Below the pieces are notes generated by a model, which had not been told where the DNA came from, did no database searches, and worked only from the letters and a program-made list of their open reading frames with translations. Positions 36,511 through 46,663 of a stretch of DNA of 64,000 bases are shown here, piece after piece. The number at the start of each line of letters is the position of its first letter. Position 1 is the stretch's first letter. The DNA is taken from positions 32,001-96,000 of IMG/VR virus record IMGVR_UViG_3300018080_000123, one strand, 5' to 3'. The DNA comes from a virus. Made by a program: the position numbers and the translations under genes.

Positions 36511-37833
36511 CTATTTCTTGTGTTCTAGCTCTAAATCATAAATTGGAATGATTTTATCTAACTCCTTGTTATTATCTACTTCTTTACTAAACTGAACTCG
36601 CCTAATATCTCCGCATGGATGTTTTTTTGTAGACTCCACGATTGTCTGAGATGAAATAGCGTAGTTGATACTTAGTGAGCTTGCAAACGGATCTTTTCCG
36701 GATAATGTCGAATTAACAACAACATCGATTCCATTTTGTGTTTTAGCTTTTAGCTCCTGGTGAACGTGCCCTGCAAGAACGCCAGCAATAGGAGGATTCC
36801 CCTTTTTAATTTCTCCAGTATTAAATGACTCTATTTGATGTGTAAGGGCTTTAAAATTAATTGACTTCCCGGGAGCAGAAATAGCTGAAAATACCGTATC
36901 TCCGTGAACACCTATCAGACGACCACCAATCGTATCAATCATCACATACTGTGTTTTAGGAATAACGAATTTAACCCGACCAGCAAAAATCAACGATAGG
37001 GCATAATAAACGGGATTAATTACGCTATCATATTTTTGTTGGTTAACTCTATTTCCGCCCTCTCTACGAAATGGCCAGTCTTCATGATTGCCAGGAATAC
37101 CATAGAATACAATCTCATCAAAAAAATTCAAAAGATACGAAATCATATGAAACAAAACATGTAGGGCCCCGTTCATTTGATGAACAATAAGATCAGTATC
37201 AATTCCCGTCTTGTTATGAATCTTACCATGATTAATATCGCCTAAAGAGGCTAAGTGAAGTTTTTTGGTGGCTGCCCTATGGGCAAGTTTATAGTTAGCA
37301 ATTTCCTGGGCAAAGAATGCGCATCTCCTGCAGCCCTCTGTCCATCCAAAACTATTTGAATTCCCGACTTCATTACTATCGACCTTGAGACCAAGATGCC
37401 AGTCTGAAAACGGAGCAACCAACTCTCTTTTTTCTACAGTAGGGGCTTGAATCTTTTTAAGAAATCCTTTTATTTCTTTCTTATTAAGAACAACCGGACT
37501 TAACTTAAGATTTTTGATTGACTTGGCAAACTCTTCGGTCAAATAGGCCATTTCATAATCTTCAAGAATATTTTTTCTTTGAATTGAGCGTGCAAGACTC
37601 CTATATTTATTTGCAACAATTGTTTCTGATGTTTTAAGAGTCTCTCCCAAATCAACCGCTTCTTCAAAAGCGACGTTCCATCCTCCGAAGAATTTTCTGA
37701 TTAAATGGTCTGATAAACCGGCTGAAACAAACTCTGTCTTCGTTGGCCGAGATCCTTTCAACTTATGTAAAGCAACTATCTTCTCTAGAATTTCTTTTTT
37801 GAGCTCTTTATTGCTTTTTTTCTTCATCCTCAT
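36511..37833 (-). CDS. Metallophosphoesterase with N-terminal HTH-like domain
   Basis: SDWH, LGD, GNHE, HGD, GHVH. Confidence 0.75.
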   Translation of the reverse strand: MRMKKKSNKELKKEILEKIVALHKLKGSRPTKTEFVSAGLSDHLIRKFFGGWNVAFEEAVDLGETLKTSETIVANKYRSLARSIQRKNILEDYEMAYLTEEFAKSIKNLKLSPVVLNKKEIKGFLKKIQAPTVEKRELVAPFSDWHLGLKVDSNEVGNSNSFGWTEGCRRCAFFAQEIANYKLAHRAATKKLHLASLGDINHGKIHNKTGIDTDLIVHQMNGALHVLFHMISYLLNFFDEIVFYGIPGNHEDWPFRREGGNRVNQQKYDSVINPVYYALSLIFAGRVKFVIPKTQYVMIDTIGGRLIGVHGDTVFSAISAPGKSINFKALTHQIESFNTGEIKKGNPPIAGVLAGHVHQELKAKTQNGIDVVVNSTLSGKDPFASSLSINYAISSQTIVESTKKHPCGDIRRVQFSKEVDNNKELDKIIPIYDLELEHKK

Positions 37834-38113
37834 CTCCGCAATAATTAAAAATGATATTATCTGGCCTCATAGCCAGATAATCCTTGCCTTCTATATTAAT
37901 TGTGTAAATTTTAAATTCATCGAGCTCAGCAAAGCAGACTCTTTTTCCCATAAGCTTAGAAATAGCTTCTTTAGGTTGTATGAATCCCGACACCTTTACA
38001 ATCGTCCCTTCGTTGTTGTTTTGCTCTTTAGGCATAATAAGCCCTTTTTGCTCAGGGGCTTTATCTTTCTCAATAATAAGCCATCCATTCCAGACATCAA
38101 TATTATTTAGCAT
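37808..38113 (-). CDS. Co-chaperonin GroES-like
   Basis: GLIMP...EGTIVKV...IEGKDYLAMR..NI. Confidence 0.65.
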   Translation of the reverse strand: MLNNIDVWNGWLIIEKDKAPEQKGLIMPKEQNNNEGTIVKVSGFIQPKEAISKLMGKRVCFAELDEFKIYTINIEGKDYLAMRPDNIIFNYCGDEDEEKKQ

Positions 38114-38927
38114 CTTCCTTCTCCTGCTTTACGCGAATATTAAGAACTTCAACATCAAAATCAACTTCTTTTCCCGCCAACTGTTCGTCTGCGTAATCTT
38201 CAGGAAAAACAACATGAATTACTCCAGGCTTATTCTTTTCTGCACCAATAAGGGCCTGTTCAAACCCTTCAAAAACCTGCCCGGCTCCGACCTGAATCAG
38301 CTCATTATCGTTAGATCCTCCCTCAAACTCAACGCCGTCAAGTTTGCCCACATATTTTAGATTAACAATGTCCCCCTCTTCAACGGGACGATCGACTTCA
38401 ACCAAATTAAGCTTTTCATTGACCTGCTTTTCAATTTCTCTCATCTTATCTTTTTGAAGATCGTTGATTTTATCAACCAAAGCCTTCTTTTCTTTTTTCT
38501 CGCTTTCTTCAAGATCTTCAACAGACATACACTTTTCTGGATTAAGACTAAGCAAGATTTCTTTCACCCAAGCCATCTCTCGGACCAGATATTCTTGAGT
38601 CCCTGCAATTTGCAAAGTAAGATCCGCAACAGCTCTGTTCAGCTTAGTTGTGTTTTCCGATACATAGCTGGTAGTATTAGCAATAATCTTCCTAAAATTC
38701 ATATCCATTTGAAGAACATCATTACCTAAAGCCTGAACGATAGCTTGAAGTCGTGCAACGGGGATAACAACAGCTTTATCTCTATATCCTTTAGCAAGAG
38801 GCTCGTTTTTTGCTCCAGCTTTTTGAAACCCGCTCTGCTTCACATTCTGTTCGGCTTCATCGGCGGCCTTATCGTGACTCTCTTTCATTTGCTCAGCTTC
38901 CTTTTTGAGCGCTTCTTCATTTGTCAT
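38103..38927 (-). CDS. Coiled-coil protein with trigger-factor-type FKBP PPIase domain
   Basis: VDRPVEEGD.V...Y.GK.DG.EFEGG...GFEQALIG...FPEDY....LAGK...F.V. Confidence 0.85.
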   Translation of the reverse strand: MTNEEALKKEAEQMKESHDKAADEAEQNVKQSGFQKAGAKNEPLAKGYRDKAVVIPVARLQAIVQALGNDVLQMDMNFRKIIANTTSYVSENTTKLNRAVADLTLQIAGTQEYLVREMAWVKEILLSLNPEKCMSVEDLEESEKKEKKALVDKINDLQKDKMREIEKQVNEKLNLVEVDRPVEEGDIVNLKYVGKLDGVEFEGGSNDNELIQVGAGQVFEGFEQALIGAEKNKPGVIHVVFPEDYADEQLAGKEVDFDVEVLNIRVKQEKEDAK

Positions 38928-38938
38928 GGAGATTCCTC

Positions 38939-39355
38939 CTACTTAATATTTTTGTTATCTTCTTCTGTTTTATTTTCAACTGAATAATTGTTCTTTTGTC
39001 TGTCCATATTAACGCGCCATTTCTGCATATAAAGATCGTAAAGCTTATCTGCATCAATTCCATTTGATGTGCAAATGTCGAGCATAAAAAATAGCAAATC
39101 TGCAATTTCAACATTGATATTCTGTTTTTGAGATTCCAGCAGAGCAAAACGATTTTCTCTTCCTTCCTTACTCCACCACTTCCAAGCATAGCAATCTTGA
39201 AGCTCAGATAACTCTTGTCGAAGAGCTTGAATCAAATCAATAGTCCACTTACCGACTTCATTAGGAGATAGGTCTTTTAGCATGTCGGTTCCGCGACCAA
39301 TTGCTAATCTGAGCTGTTTCTGTTTATCAAAAATATCTTTCAATTTGTCACTCAT
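38939..39355 (-). CDS. Dimeric dUTPase / MazG-like NTP pyrophosphatase
   Basis: ELSEL...WKWW, EIADLLFF, K..VNMDRQ..NY. Confidence 0.8.
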   Translation of the reverse strand: MSDKLKDIFDKQKQLRLAIGRGTDMLKDLSPNEVGKWTIDLIQALRQELSELQDCYAWKWWSKEGRENRFALLESQKQNINVEIADLLFFMLDICTSNGIDADKLYDLYMQKWRVNMDRQKNNYSVENKTEEDNKNIK

Positions 39356-39840
39356 TTAACTTCGCTCTCCTCAACGACTGTTTTTTGACCGTTAGGAAAT
39401 TTAACAACTATCTTCCCATTTCGCCTGGCCATAATTTTGACTTTTTGATTATTGTAGATTCCCTCTCCAATTCCGTCTCTCAAAGTCTGTCCTAGAACAC
39501 CAGCAAAACCATCCTTGGGAGACTCAGGGAGAGAGGTTTCTTTCTCGGAAGATCCAATATTACTCAACACTCTGCTGGCCAAATGTTTTAAAGCAGAAAC
39601 CTCTTGCTCAGTAAACAAAATTTCAATTTGTTGAGCGCTAGAAGTGGTTCTATCAGTATCAATTTCTTCAATGCGCCTATTGGCATAATCTTGAATTTCA
39701 TTTGACACTTGCTCTTTAATCTCTTTTGGAAATTGCTTACCATTAAACTTAATAGAAAGAGACTTAAAAGCTTGAATTAATTGAAGTTTTGTGCGTAACT
39801 TATTAAGAGTAATCTCTGACTTGAGTTGTTCTTGCGACAT
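39352..39840 (-). CDS. Hypothetical protein
   Basis: GGAGG RBS; SH3-like C-terminus. Confidence 0.5.
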   Translation of the reverse strand: MSQEQLKSEITLNKLRTKLQLIQAFKSLSIKFNGKQFPKEIKEQVSNEIQDYANRRIEEIDTDRTTSSAQQIEILFTEQEVSALKHLASRVLSNIGSSEKETSLPESPKDGFAGVLGQTLRDGIGEGIYNNQKVKIMARRNGKIVVKFPNGQKTVVEESEVK

Positions 39841-39865
39841 GTTTGCCTCCTGTCTTCATTATACA

Positions 39866-40765
39866 TTATCGCTTACGTTGATGATGATAATGTATATAAT
39901 CGGGGCCAACATATTCCATTTTGTCTTTTTCGGTGAAGCCCCAACCTTTTGGTAGTTCAACCAATCTATCTCTACAATTTGGATGAGTTGATCCAACCAC
40001 TGGCTTCCACTCCGAAGCCTTCCTCCCATAATTTGTCCCATTTCTCATGAGATCGGTGAGCCGATATATTTTCGGAGTCCCGTCGGGATTAACATAAAAC
40101 TTTCTACAATAAGCGCAAAGAGCGGCGTCTCTAACAACCAACTTATAGACGTATGTTTCTTCGAGTTCTTGTTTCCCTTTATTTCTTTTTACAATAGCGT
40201 CCGCTGCCCCATAAGATTGAGCGTTATTCATTTCAGTAACTGCTACTCTACTCCAATCTCGCGCGAAGTCCCCAGTAGCTTCCCTCAGGTCTTTAACAAT
40301 CTCTTGAATCTTCTTATCTTCCTCTATCGCGGTAACAAAAGCCGGCCTAATCCCTTCAGTCTGAATTATATTTCTGTATTCAAAATTTCCATCTCGAATT
40401 AGCCCTTCAACTTTTTGCTGAAACTGAGAGGACAGCTTTTGAACTGTCTGAGCCACGTTCTCTTTCACATGATCAACGGCATGTTTTTCAATATCACTAA
40501 GAGAAGGCTTTGGTTCTCTAATCTTCCAATCCTCGTGATCTACTGGGCCATACTCATACCCTTGAACGTTTCCTCGGGTCATCCCAGTTTTATAAGAATC
40601 AGCGATATAATCTTCATTTTTAGCAGTATCAAATCCTAGATCCTTTAACTCCTTAATTTCTTCATCAGATAGTTGATCGGGCCCTAGAGTACTTAGAATA
40701 AAATAATTATGTCTTATCCTAATTCTCTCTTTAATGGCTTCAATTTTTGATTTATCAACAATCAT
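39866..40765 (-). CDS. MuF-like minor head protein
   Basis: RVAVTE, C..C, HPNCR; downstream of portal. Confidence 0.75.
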   Translation of the reverse strand: MIVDKSKIEAIKERIRIRHNYFILSTLGPDQLSDEEIKELKDLGFDTAKNEDYIADSYKTGMTRGNVQGYEYGPVDHEDWKIREPKPSLSDIEKHAVDHVKENVAQTVQKLSSQFQQKVEGLIRDGNFEYRNIIQTEGIRPAFVTAIEEDKKIQEIVKDLREATGDFARDWSRVAVTEMNNAQSYGAADAIVKRNKGKQELEETYVYKLVVRDAALCAYCRKFYVNPDGTPKIYRLTDLMRNGTNYGRKASEWKPVVGSTHPNCRDRLVELPKGWGFTEKDKMEYVGPDYIHYHHQRKR

Positions 40766-40983
40766 TAATAATTTCTCAACTCATCAATAATATCTTGAAT
40801 TGATCTTTCAATCACGTCTTTTGCATATTGAGCGGACCACTTAAGTTCAATATCTCTCAACACCGGATCGTCGAACCTACTCGGATGAGCGTTTTCTGCT
40901 TTTTCAGAAAGAGCTTTAACAAGCTCCTCTTCAACAGACTCAGGAGTCTCTCCGGGTTCCAAAATGATTTTAATCTTAGCCAT
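40765..40983 (-). CDS. Small protein between portal and MuF
   Basis: Coupled ORF with LVKA site. Confidence 0.5.
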   Translation of the reverse strand: MAKIKIILEPGETPESVEEELVKALSEKAENAHPSRFDDPVLRDIELKWSAQYAKDVIERSIQDIIDELRNY

Positions 40984-42707
40984 TATTTTTTATACCACTC
41001 TACTTTGATCAATTTAGGACTTTTACTTTTCTTGAGAGATCTTTGCATCTCTCCTTCAGGCTCTCCGGATTCTTCTTCATTCAGAGCTCCGAACCCCTGA
41101 TCTTCTTCAGGGCCAAACTCTCCACCCTCTGGGATTGCTTCTTGTTTCTTCTCTGCTTCGAATTCGCCAAATTGAGAAATCCACTGAACGTATTGAGGGT
41201 CTAAAATCAAATGCCCGCCTCTCTCTGGCCCCAAAGGCTCCATTCCATCCTCAGCTCGAATTTCATCAATAGTTTTTGAATACCTGACTTCTTTATTTTC
41301 TCTTTCGACTTCTTGAACTCTAGATTCTGCATCTAACCCAACAAACTCTAAACAAAATTCATTATTGACCTTATCAATAATTTCCTCATTAATCAGATCC
41401 TCAAAAAACCGAAGAAGCGGCCTCAGTCCTTTGTCTTTTGAATGCTTCATCCGGGTTTCGTTTTGAGACTGGAAAACTCCTCCAGGAGATCCGGCATCTT
41501 TAGCAATATCGAACCCAATTTCCTCAGGGCTGATACAATAAATAGCACAAGCAATCTTAATAAGATAGTTCATCCAATTTGAATACTCGATATCTCTGTT
41601 AGATTGAGTTAGCGGAATCCACGAAATCTTATCAGAGCCTGCAAAAATCGGAGTTCTCCAACTATTAACATTCCCGCTCGTTTGGGCATCCCACTGCTGT
41701 CTTAAAGCTTTCAGTTTCCTCTGTGGAACGTCAGCTTGAAAATGAAGAATTCCTTTGGTAACATGCCCTTGAGTAAAGAAAAGCTTGTTATAGGTTTCTG
41801 CCTGTAGATGAGAAGTGATTGTTGATACCAATAGTTCTAGTTCTCCAACGGAGTACCCGTTTGCATAAATATCGTTAACGGGGTTCCCCATACGAAAAAT
41901 AAGATCATCCGCTGTAAATCCCCTGACTACTCTGTTATCAATAACTTGAGCATAAAGATTGTTGTTTTCCTGGGCCTCTTTTCTTTCTTCCTCGTTATCG
42001 GGTCTTGTAATGTTATTGTAAGATTGAGCCCCAGTAGCGGAGGCGGTAGAAGTGTCTTGCCCTTTGTTAGATGCAAATCTTATTGTTCCAGCGTCGACAG
42101 GTAAAAAATGATGAAGTTTATCTGCATTATCATGAATTTTTTCTATTGCGACCTGGTCATATGTGAGCCTGTCCCTAGCGGCTTTTCTCAAAAATACGTC
42201 AAGAGATAAAAGCTCGGTCTGTGGGCGATCGTTCATATGTCCACAATTTGAAATAAACTCGGTTAGCTCATCAATAATTGCTTTATCTTGCTGTTCGAGT
42301 TCTTTGATTTTATTTTCATCATCATCGAGACTTTGATCACGATCCCTCTTGCGCCTAATAATAAATCCTTCACTATATTTATTTTTCTGAGGTCGACTAA
42401 ACAAGCAAAGCTGGTTGGTCCGAGTTTGAATAATTGAAGCTATGATAGTATCTCGATAGGACATTAACTTTAGAACATTGAAATCAATTCGAGTTGGTTT
42501 TTCTTTATACCCAGCAGACTCATAGTAGGCATCATGAAGAGGAGCATAAAAAGATCGACGATAGAATCCGTCGTTGAAATCCATAAGCTCGTTATCTCGA
42601 GATTTCCGGACCATATCGGCTCTTGAATCAGAAATGTATTTTTCAAGACGAACGTCAGTTGCTTCTAGTATCTTTCCAATAAGTCCTTTTTTCTTCTCAT
42701 CTGACAT
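40983..42707 (-). CDS. Portal protein
   Basis: PVDAGTIR, GYS..E, FFTQG...KGIL, SPEEIGF, GLRPLL..ED.IN. Confidence 0.9.
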   Translation of the reverse strand: MSDEKKKGLIGKILEATDVRLEKYISDSRADMVRKSRDNELMDFNDGFYRRSFYAPLHDAYYESAGYKEKPTRIDFNVLKLMSYRDTIIASIIQTRTNQLCLFSRPQKNKYSEGFIIRRKRDRDQSLDDDENKIKELEQQDKAIIDELTEFISNCGHMNDRPQTELLSLDVFLRKAARDRLTYDQVAIEKIHDNADKLHHFLPVDAGTIRFASNKGQDTSTASATGAQSYNNITRPDNEEERKEAQENNNLYAQVIDNRVVRGFTADDLIFRMGNPVNDIYANGYSVGELELLVSTITSHLQAETYNKLFFTQGHVTKGILHFQADVPQRKLKALRQQWDAQTSGNVNSWRTPIFAGSDKISWIPLTQSNRDIEYSNWMNYLIKIACAIYCISPEEIGFDIAKDAGSPGGVFQSQNETRMKHSKDKGLRPLLRFFEDLINEEIIDKVNNEFCLEFVGLDAESRVQEVERENKEVRYSKTIDEIRAEDGMEPLGPERGGHLILDPQYVQWISQFGEFEAEKKQEAIPEGGEFGPEEDQGFGALNEEESGEPEGEMQRSLKKSKSPKLIKVEWYKK

Positions 42708-42739
42708 ATCTAATCTCCAATCCTTGTGTATAATCTATC

Positions 42740-42771
42740 ATTATAGCGGAATTCCATACAACTTTAAATTA
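42740..42771 (-). promoter_or_regulatory. Candidate late promoter TAATTTAA-N18-TATAAT
   Basis: Upstream of the portal gene. Confidence 0.55.
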
Positions 42772-42781
42772 TTCAACCATG

Positions 42782-44677
42782 TCAAAACGCGAAATTAAAG
42801 CCTCCATCGTCGTCGTCGTCGTTGTTGTCTTCAAAATCCGCTCTGTTATCATAAATTGGCTTTCCAGTTAGCTGTCCAATTTCTTCCGGAGTTGGCGCTT
42901 TGTCAAATTTTCTGGTTTGGGCGTTCCCGTGGCTCTCAGCAAAATTAAATTCTGGCGTTCCAATTCCTAAAGTAGAATGTAATGGATATCTAATTGCGTC
43001 TGGCGCGTGAGAGTATTCATGGGCATATTCCCCATCAATTACATTTCCCGCGCTGTCCAGTTTATGATGGAACTTATGAATGCATAGCTTTAAATACTCA
43101 CAAGATTCGTGAACAAACAGTCGAGTATTCTCGGTTCCAGGAATTCTGATTAAATTTCTGACAGTAGAGATCCCAGGGCGAACATCTTTGACAACATTCT
43201 CTTTCATTCCGTCCTTTGCGCCTCTTTGGATGTTTCCCCCGTACCTTTTTGGTCCTGCACAATGAAAGCCTGCTTTTCGGAGAGATTTTATTCCGCTAGG
43301 ATTCTCTGTGTCGGCATAAATTGTCTCAATTTTGTATCTTCCCCACTGTTGTTTAAAGTATAGGGCAAATTCCTCGTCTGTCATTTCTGGACTCATCAAA
43401 GCGATTTCTTTAACAATATAGACTCTTTGTCTTCCATCGACATAGATCAAATATGCAACCATAGGGTCAGTAAAACCAAAATCAATTCCTACAATTGGGA
43501 AAACACTATGATCTTCAAACGTTTTTACAAGCTCTTCTTCGGTAATCTCATGATCTGGAGATTCTCCAGTGAAAATCTCATACATTTGAGTGTATGTTTT
43601 GATATTTTTATAGTCTCTCCAATCACTATATACTAAACCTGTAGAAGGAGGTTGCTTGCATAAGAACTGAGCAATGGCCATTTGCTCGTCATTTGACTCA
43701 AAAAGCTTCATCTGGACATAATCACATGTCTTAAGCCACTTACTCTTCGATTTTTGCTTCTTTGAATGAGTTCTACATGCAGCAAAAATTTTACAATTTT
43801 TTAAACATCCTTCATACCCATCAAACCTCTCATATCTTTTTTGATCATCGGGAGGAAGACTTTTGAAATCCTCTTCCGACTGAGAGATAAGAGTATCCCT
43901 TTTTACATAAATAGGAATCTTTTTAGTCCCCGACCTGCTCTCAGGACACCTCTCCATAATATCAATAATATTCCAATGAAATACTTTGACACCTTTTTGA
44001 GGCGCTTCATCGATTTCTTTTTGAACCAATCCAAACGCCGACTTCCGAACAGAGATGCCAAAAGTAATAGGGGGGCGGCCATCGGGCATATTAATAGGAA
44101 TGCTATCAATATCACTGTACGCGGAAACGTCTTGCACGACATCAATTTCATCCTTACAAACTAACGATTGGTGAGGCCCTTGCACTCTTTTTTTAGTACA
44201 GGGCATTGTTTCTAAAATAGCTCCTTTTTTTGTCACAGTCTTTTCTAATATAGAACTTTCAACCAACTCCCATATAAGAGAATTTCGCTTTATATATGGT
44301 TGAAAATAATCATTGTAACAATGCTTTACATGAGACTCTCCTGCAGCAATATGACAAGATCCTCTACTGTCATGAGTAAGAGATAACAGCTCTACAATTG
44401 CAGCATTCAAAGTTTTAAAGCCCGAACGGCAGGCATACCATAAAGATTTGGTGAAACGCTCTTCTGGAGAAATTGTGTTCCAATAAAGCATACTCCTATA
44501 CAATTCCCATACCATATGCATTGGATTACTATTAGAGTCGGGATCAACGGTACAATCGGGGAGATCGGCCTTAAGAAAAAACTTAATCCAATTCCGCAAT
44601 TCCCTTTTAGTCTTGCACGGGCGATCCCTTAGGGTCCTTAGGGTCGCTAGTGTTTTGTCGCTTTTCTGATCGCTCAT
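42782..44677 (-). CDS. Terminase large subunit
   Basis: RSGFKT Walker A-like, DEID Walker B, GIDFG and HAPDAIRY nuclease motifs. Confidence 0.88.
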   Translation of the reverse strand: MSDQKSDKTLATLRTLRDRPCKTKRELRNWIKFFLKADLPDCTVDPDSNSNPMHMVWELYRSMLYWNTISPEERFTKSLWYACRSGFKTLNAAIVELLSLTHDSRGSCHIAAGESHVKHCYNDYFQPYIKRNSLIWELVESSILEKTVTKKGAILETMPCTKKRVQGPHQSLVCKDEIDVVQDVSAYSDIDSIPINMPDGRPPITFGISVRKSAFGLVQKEIDEAPQKGVKVFHWNIIDIMERCPESRSGTKKIPIYVKRDTLISQSEEDFKSLPPDDQKRYERFDGYEGCLKNCKIFAACRTHSKKQKSKSKWLKTCDYVQMKLFESNDEQMAIAQFLCKQPPSTGLVYSDWRDYKNIKTYTQMYEIFTGESPDHEITEEELVKTFEDHSVFPIVGIDFGFTDPMVAYLIYVDGRQRVYIVKEIALMSPEMTDEEFALYFKQQWGRYKIETIYADTENPSGIKSLRKAGFHCAGPKRYGGNIQRGAKDGMKENVVKDVRPGISTVRNLIRIPGTENTRLFVHESCEYLKLCIHKFHHKLDSAGNVIDGEYAHEYSHAPDAIRYPLHSTLGIGTPEFNFAESHGNAQTRKFDKAPTPEEIGQLTGKPIYDNRADFEDNNDDDDDGGFNFAF

Positions 44678-45260
44678 TATTATCCAATAGTTTGGTTTCT
44701 TTTACTTCTTTAAATTCTGCATCTACGATGTCATCCGCCAGTACCTCGAGCAAACGATCTGCTTTTTCATCGCTAATCTCTATTTTTTCATATATATCAA
44801 CATTAACTTGTTTTCTTTCCACTCCATCGTTTTCAATCAAGTATAGGGTCTTAACGAGCTTTTCAAAATCGCCAATGTCAGAAACAAAATTAATAAGTTG
44901 AAGATAGCCAAAATCTTTGTCTTCTTTATTTTGACCTTCTCTAATACGTTTTTCAATATCAGAGATGCGCGAAGCCGTTAAATCGATCAGCTTTCCTGTT
45001 GCTTCGAAAACTTGTTGTTTGAGTTCAAGAATCTTTTTATCGTTCTGAGCTCGAACTTTCTCAAGAATTTTACCTTTGCGATCCATCCATTTTTCCTCGT
45101 CCCTCATATTATAAATTGTCTGAACATCACAATCGTATTGAAGAGCCAATTGCGTATACGTTTTATTATTTTCCATCCAGTCCTTAAAAATAAGCTCACG
45201 CGTTTCAGGCGAATGCTTATGTTTAGGGCCGACAGCTTTCTTTTTTGATTTCCTGCCCAT
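44607..45260 (-). CDS. Putative terminase small subunit
   Basis: N-terminal HTH plus coiled-coil, immediately upstream of TerL. Confidence 0.6.
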   Translation of the reverse strand: MGRKSKKKAVGPKHKHSPETRELIFKDWMENNKTYTQLALQYDCDVQTIYNMRDEEKWMDRKGKILEKVRAQNDKKILELKQQVFEATGKLIDLTASRISDIEKRIREGQNKEDKDFGYLQLINFVSDIGDFEKLVKTLYLIENDGVERKQVNVDIYEKIEISDEKADRLLEVLADDIVDAEFKEVKETKLLDNNERSEKRQNTSDPKDPKGSPVQD

Positions 45261-45777
45261 CAATTTTCTTCTTAATCTCTTTTATATGATCAAAATACTC
45301 AGTTGCCTCTTTAATGATTTCAGGGTTTGAGACATTTGACCCCGTTTTATAAAACCCAAGCCAAGAATTTGGATGCCGAATCTTGTACGTAAGTTTAAGA
45401 TGTCGTAAGATCTTGCAGGCAACATCCAAATTATAATCAAAATCACTCAATAGGCGATCCGGATTAAGTTTCATTCTCCAAATATTAGTAACGTTGATTT
45501 GATAACAACCATAATCAATTATATGCCCGTTCTCGTTTTTTCCTTTTTTATATTTGCATAGGGTGCTTTCCTTGAATGCGATGGCAGTTAAGTTTTTCCA
45601 GTCTAATCTATATTTTTTAGCATATAGATAAATTGACTTTGCCATATCGTAAGCCTCGTCACAAGAAATATTAGGCCTTAGTTTCATAATAGAAGAAGTA
45701 ATCGGTAATTCGCACTTAGATCCTGCAAATCCCGGTGAGCTAAGCAAGGCAAATAATAGAATCAAAGAGTACTTCAT
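45223..45777 (-). CDS. SLT-family lytic transglycosylase with signal peptide
   Basis: AIAFKES, DYGCYQIN, YNL..AC.IL. Confidence 0.8.
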   Translation of the reverse strand: MKYSLILLFALLSSPGFAGSKCELPITSSIMKLRPNISCDEAYDMAKSIYLYAKKYRLDWKNLTAIAFKESTLCKYKKGKNENGHIIDYGCYQINVTNIWRMKLNPDRLLSDFDYNLDVACKILRHLKLTYKIRHPNSWLGFYKTGSNVSNPEIIKEATEYFDHIKEIKKKIDGQEIKKESCRP

Positions 45778-46076
45778 TACTTTTTATACACCTTAAATTC
45801 GCATTTCAGATCATATGCAGCCGTAAGTGGAGCTAAAGCAGTAAACAATCTATCTCGAATCCGGCTTTTACTCCGAAAAATCATGCTCCATCGAGACAAA
45901 AAAAGCCTAACAACAATACTTCTCTCTTTTTTATCCAGCGAGAAATGAGCCGATTTTACAGCTCCATCGCACATCAAAGCTAATCCTAGAATACAGTCTA
46001 CAACGGGACCGGAATCAATCTGATCGTGATCAATAAGCCACTTAATACTCTCATTTATAAATCGTTCATCTTGCAT
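45777..46076 (-). CDS. Hypothetical protein
   Basis: Coupled ORF. Confidence 0.5.
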   Translation of the reverse strand: MQDERFINESIKWLIDHDQIDSGPVVDCILGLALMCDGAVKSAHFSLDKKERSIVVRLFLSRWSMIFRSKSRIRDRLFTALAPLTAAYDLKCEFKVYKK

Positions 46077-46663
46077 CTTTGGCTCCTAAGATATGCTAAT
46101 CCAACAAGAATAGCGTCACACACGTCGTTATCTTTCATTTTCATATTAAGATTATACAATTTATTGACCATTCTCACGGACAGGTGTTTTTTTGTAATTT
46201 TGCCCCTGGCCTTCTTGCCTTCCTTTTTAGCTTTTCTAATATCAGCATTATTCTGCTTATCTTCTTTTGACATATACAAGCCCATAGTTTGGCGCCACTT
46301 TGATGTATCTAAATAAATAACTCGGATTTCTTCATCCCTACAAACATCAACAACCAAACAATGTATGAATTCAAGCATTTTTTGAGCAAATCTATTTTTC
46401 CCTTTGTTAGTTTCTTCTATCACAACCACATCGGGAATAAACTTATGATATACGTCAAAAATATTGAGCATCATCCTTTTAGCAGCATCAACATAATTAA
46501 ACGGATACCCTTCTTCTTCGGTATTATAAGGAGCATTTTTTCCCCATACCTTCTGAACAATGGTTCCGTGGTCAACAAGTTTCTCTTCCTCGTCTATGAT
46601 AGCCCACCCCGTTTGAGTAGAGATATCCAGAGCTAAAATTCTATGCAATTTTTGATATTCCAT
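46055..46663 (-). CDS. RuvC-like Holliday junction resolvase
   Basis: LALDIS..TGWA, VVIEE, DVCDAI; start uncertain. Confidence 0.8.
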   Translation of the reverse strand: MEYQKLHRILALDISTQTGWAIIDEEEKLVDHGTIVQKVWGKNAPYNTEEEGYPFNYVDAAKRMMLNIFDVYHKFIPDVVVIEETNKGKNRFAQKMLEFIHCLVVDVCRDEEIRVIYLDTSKWRQTMGLYMSKEDKQNNADIRKAKKEGKKARGKITKKHLSVRMVNKLYNLNMKMKDNDVCDAILVGLAYLRSQRCKMNDL

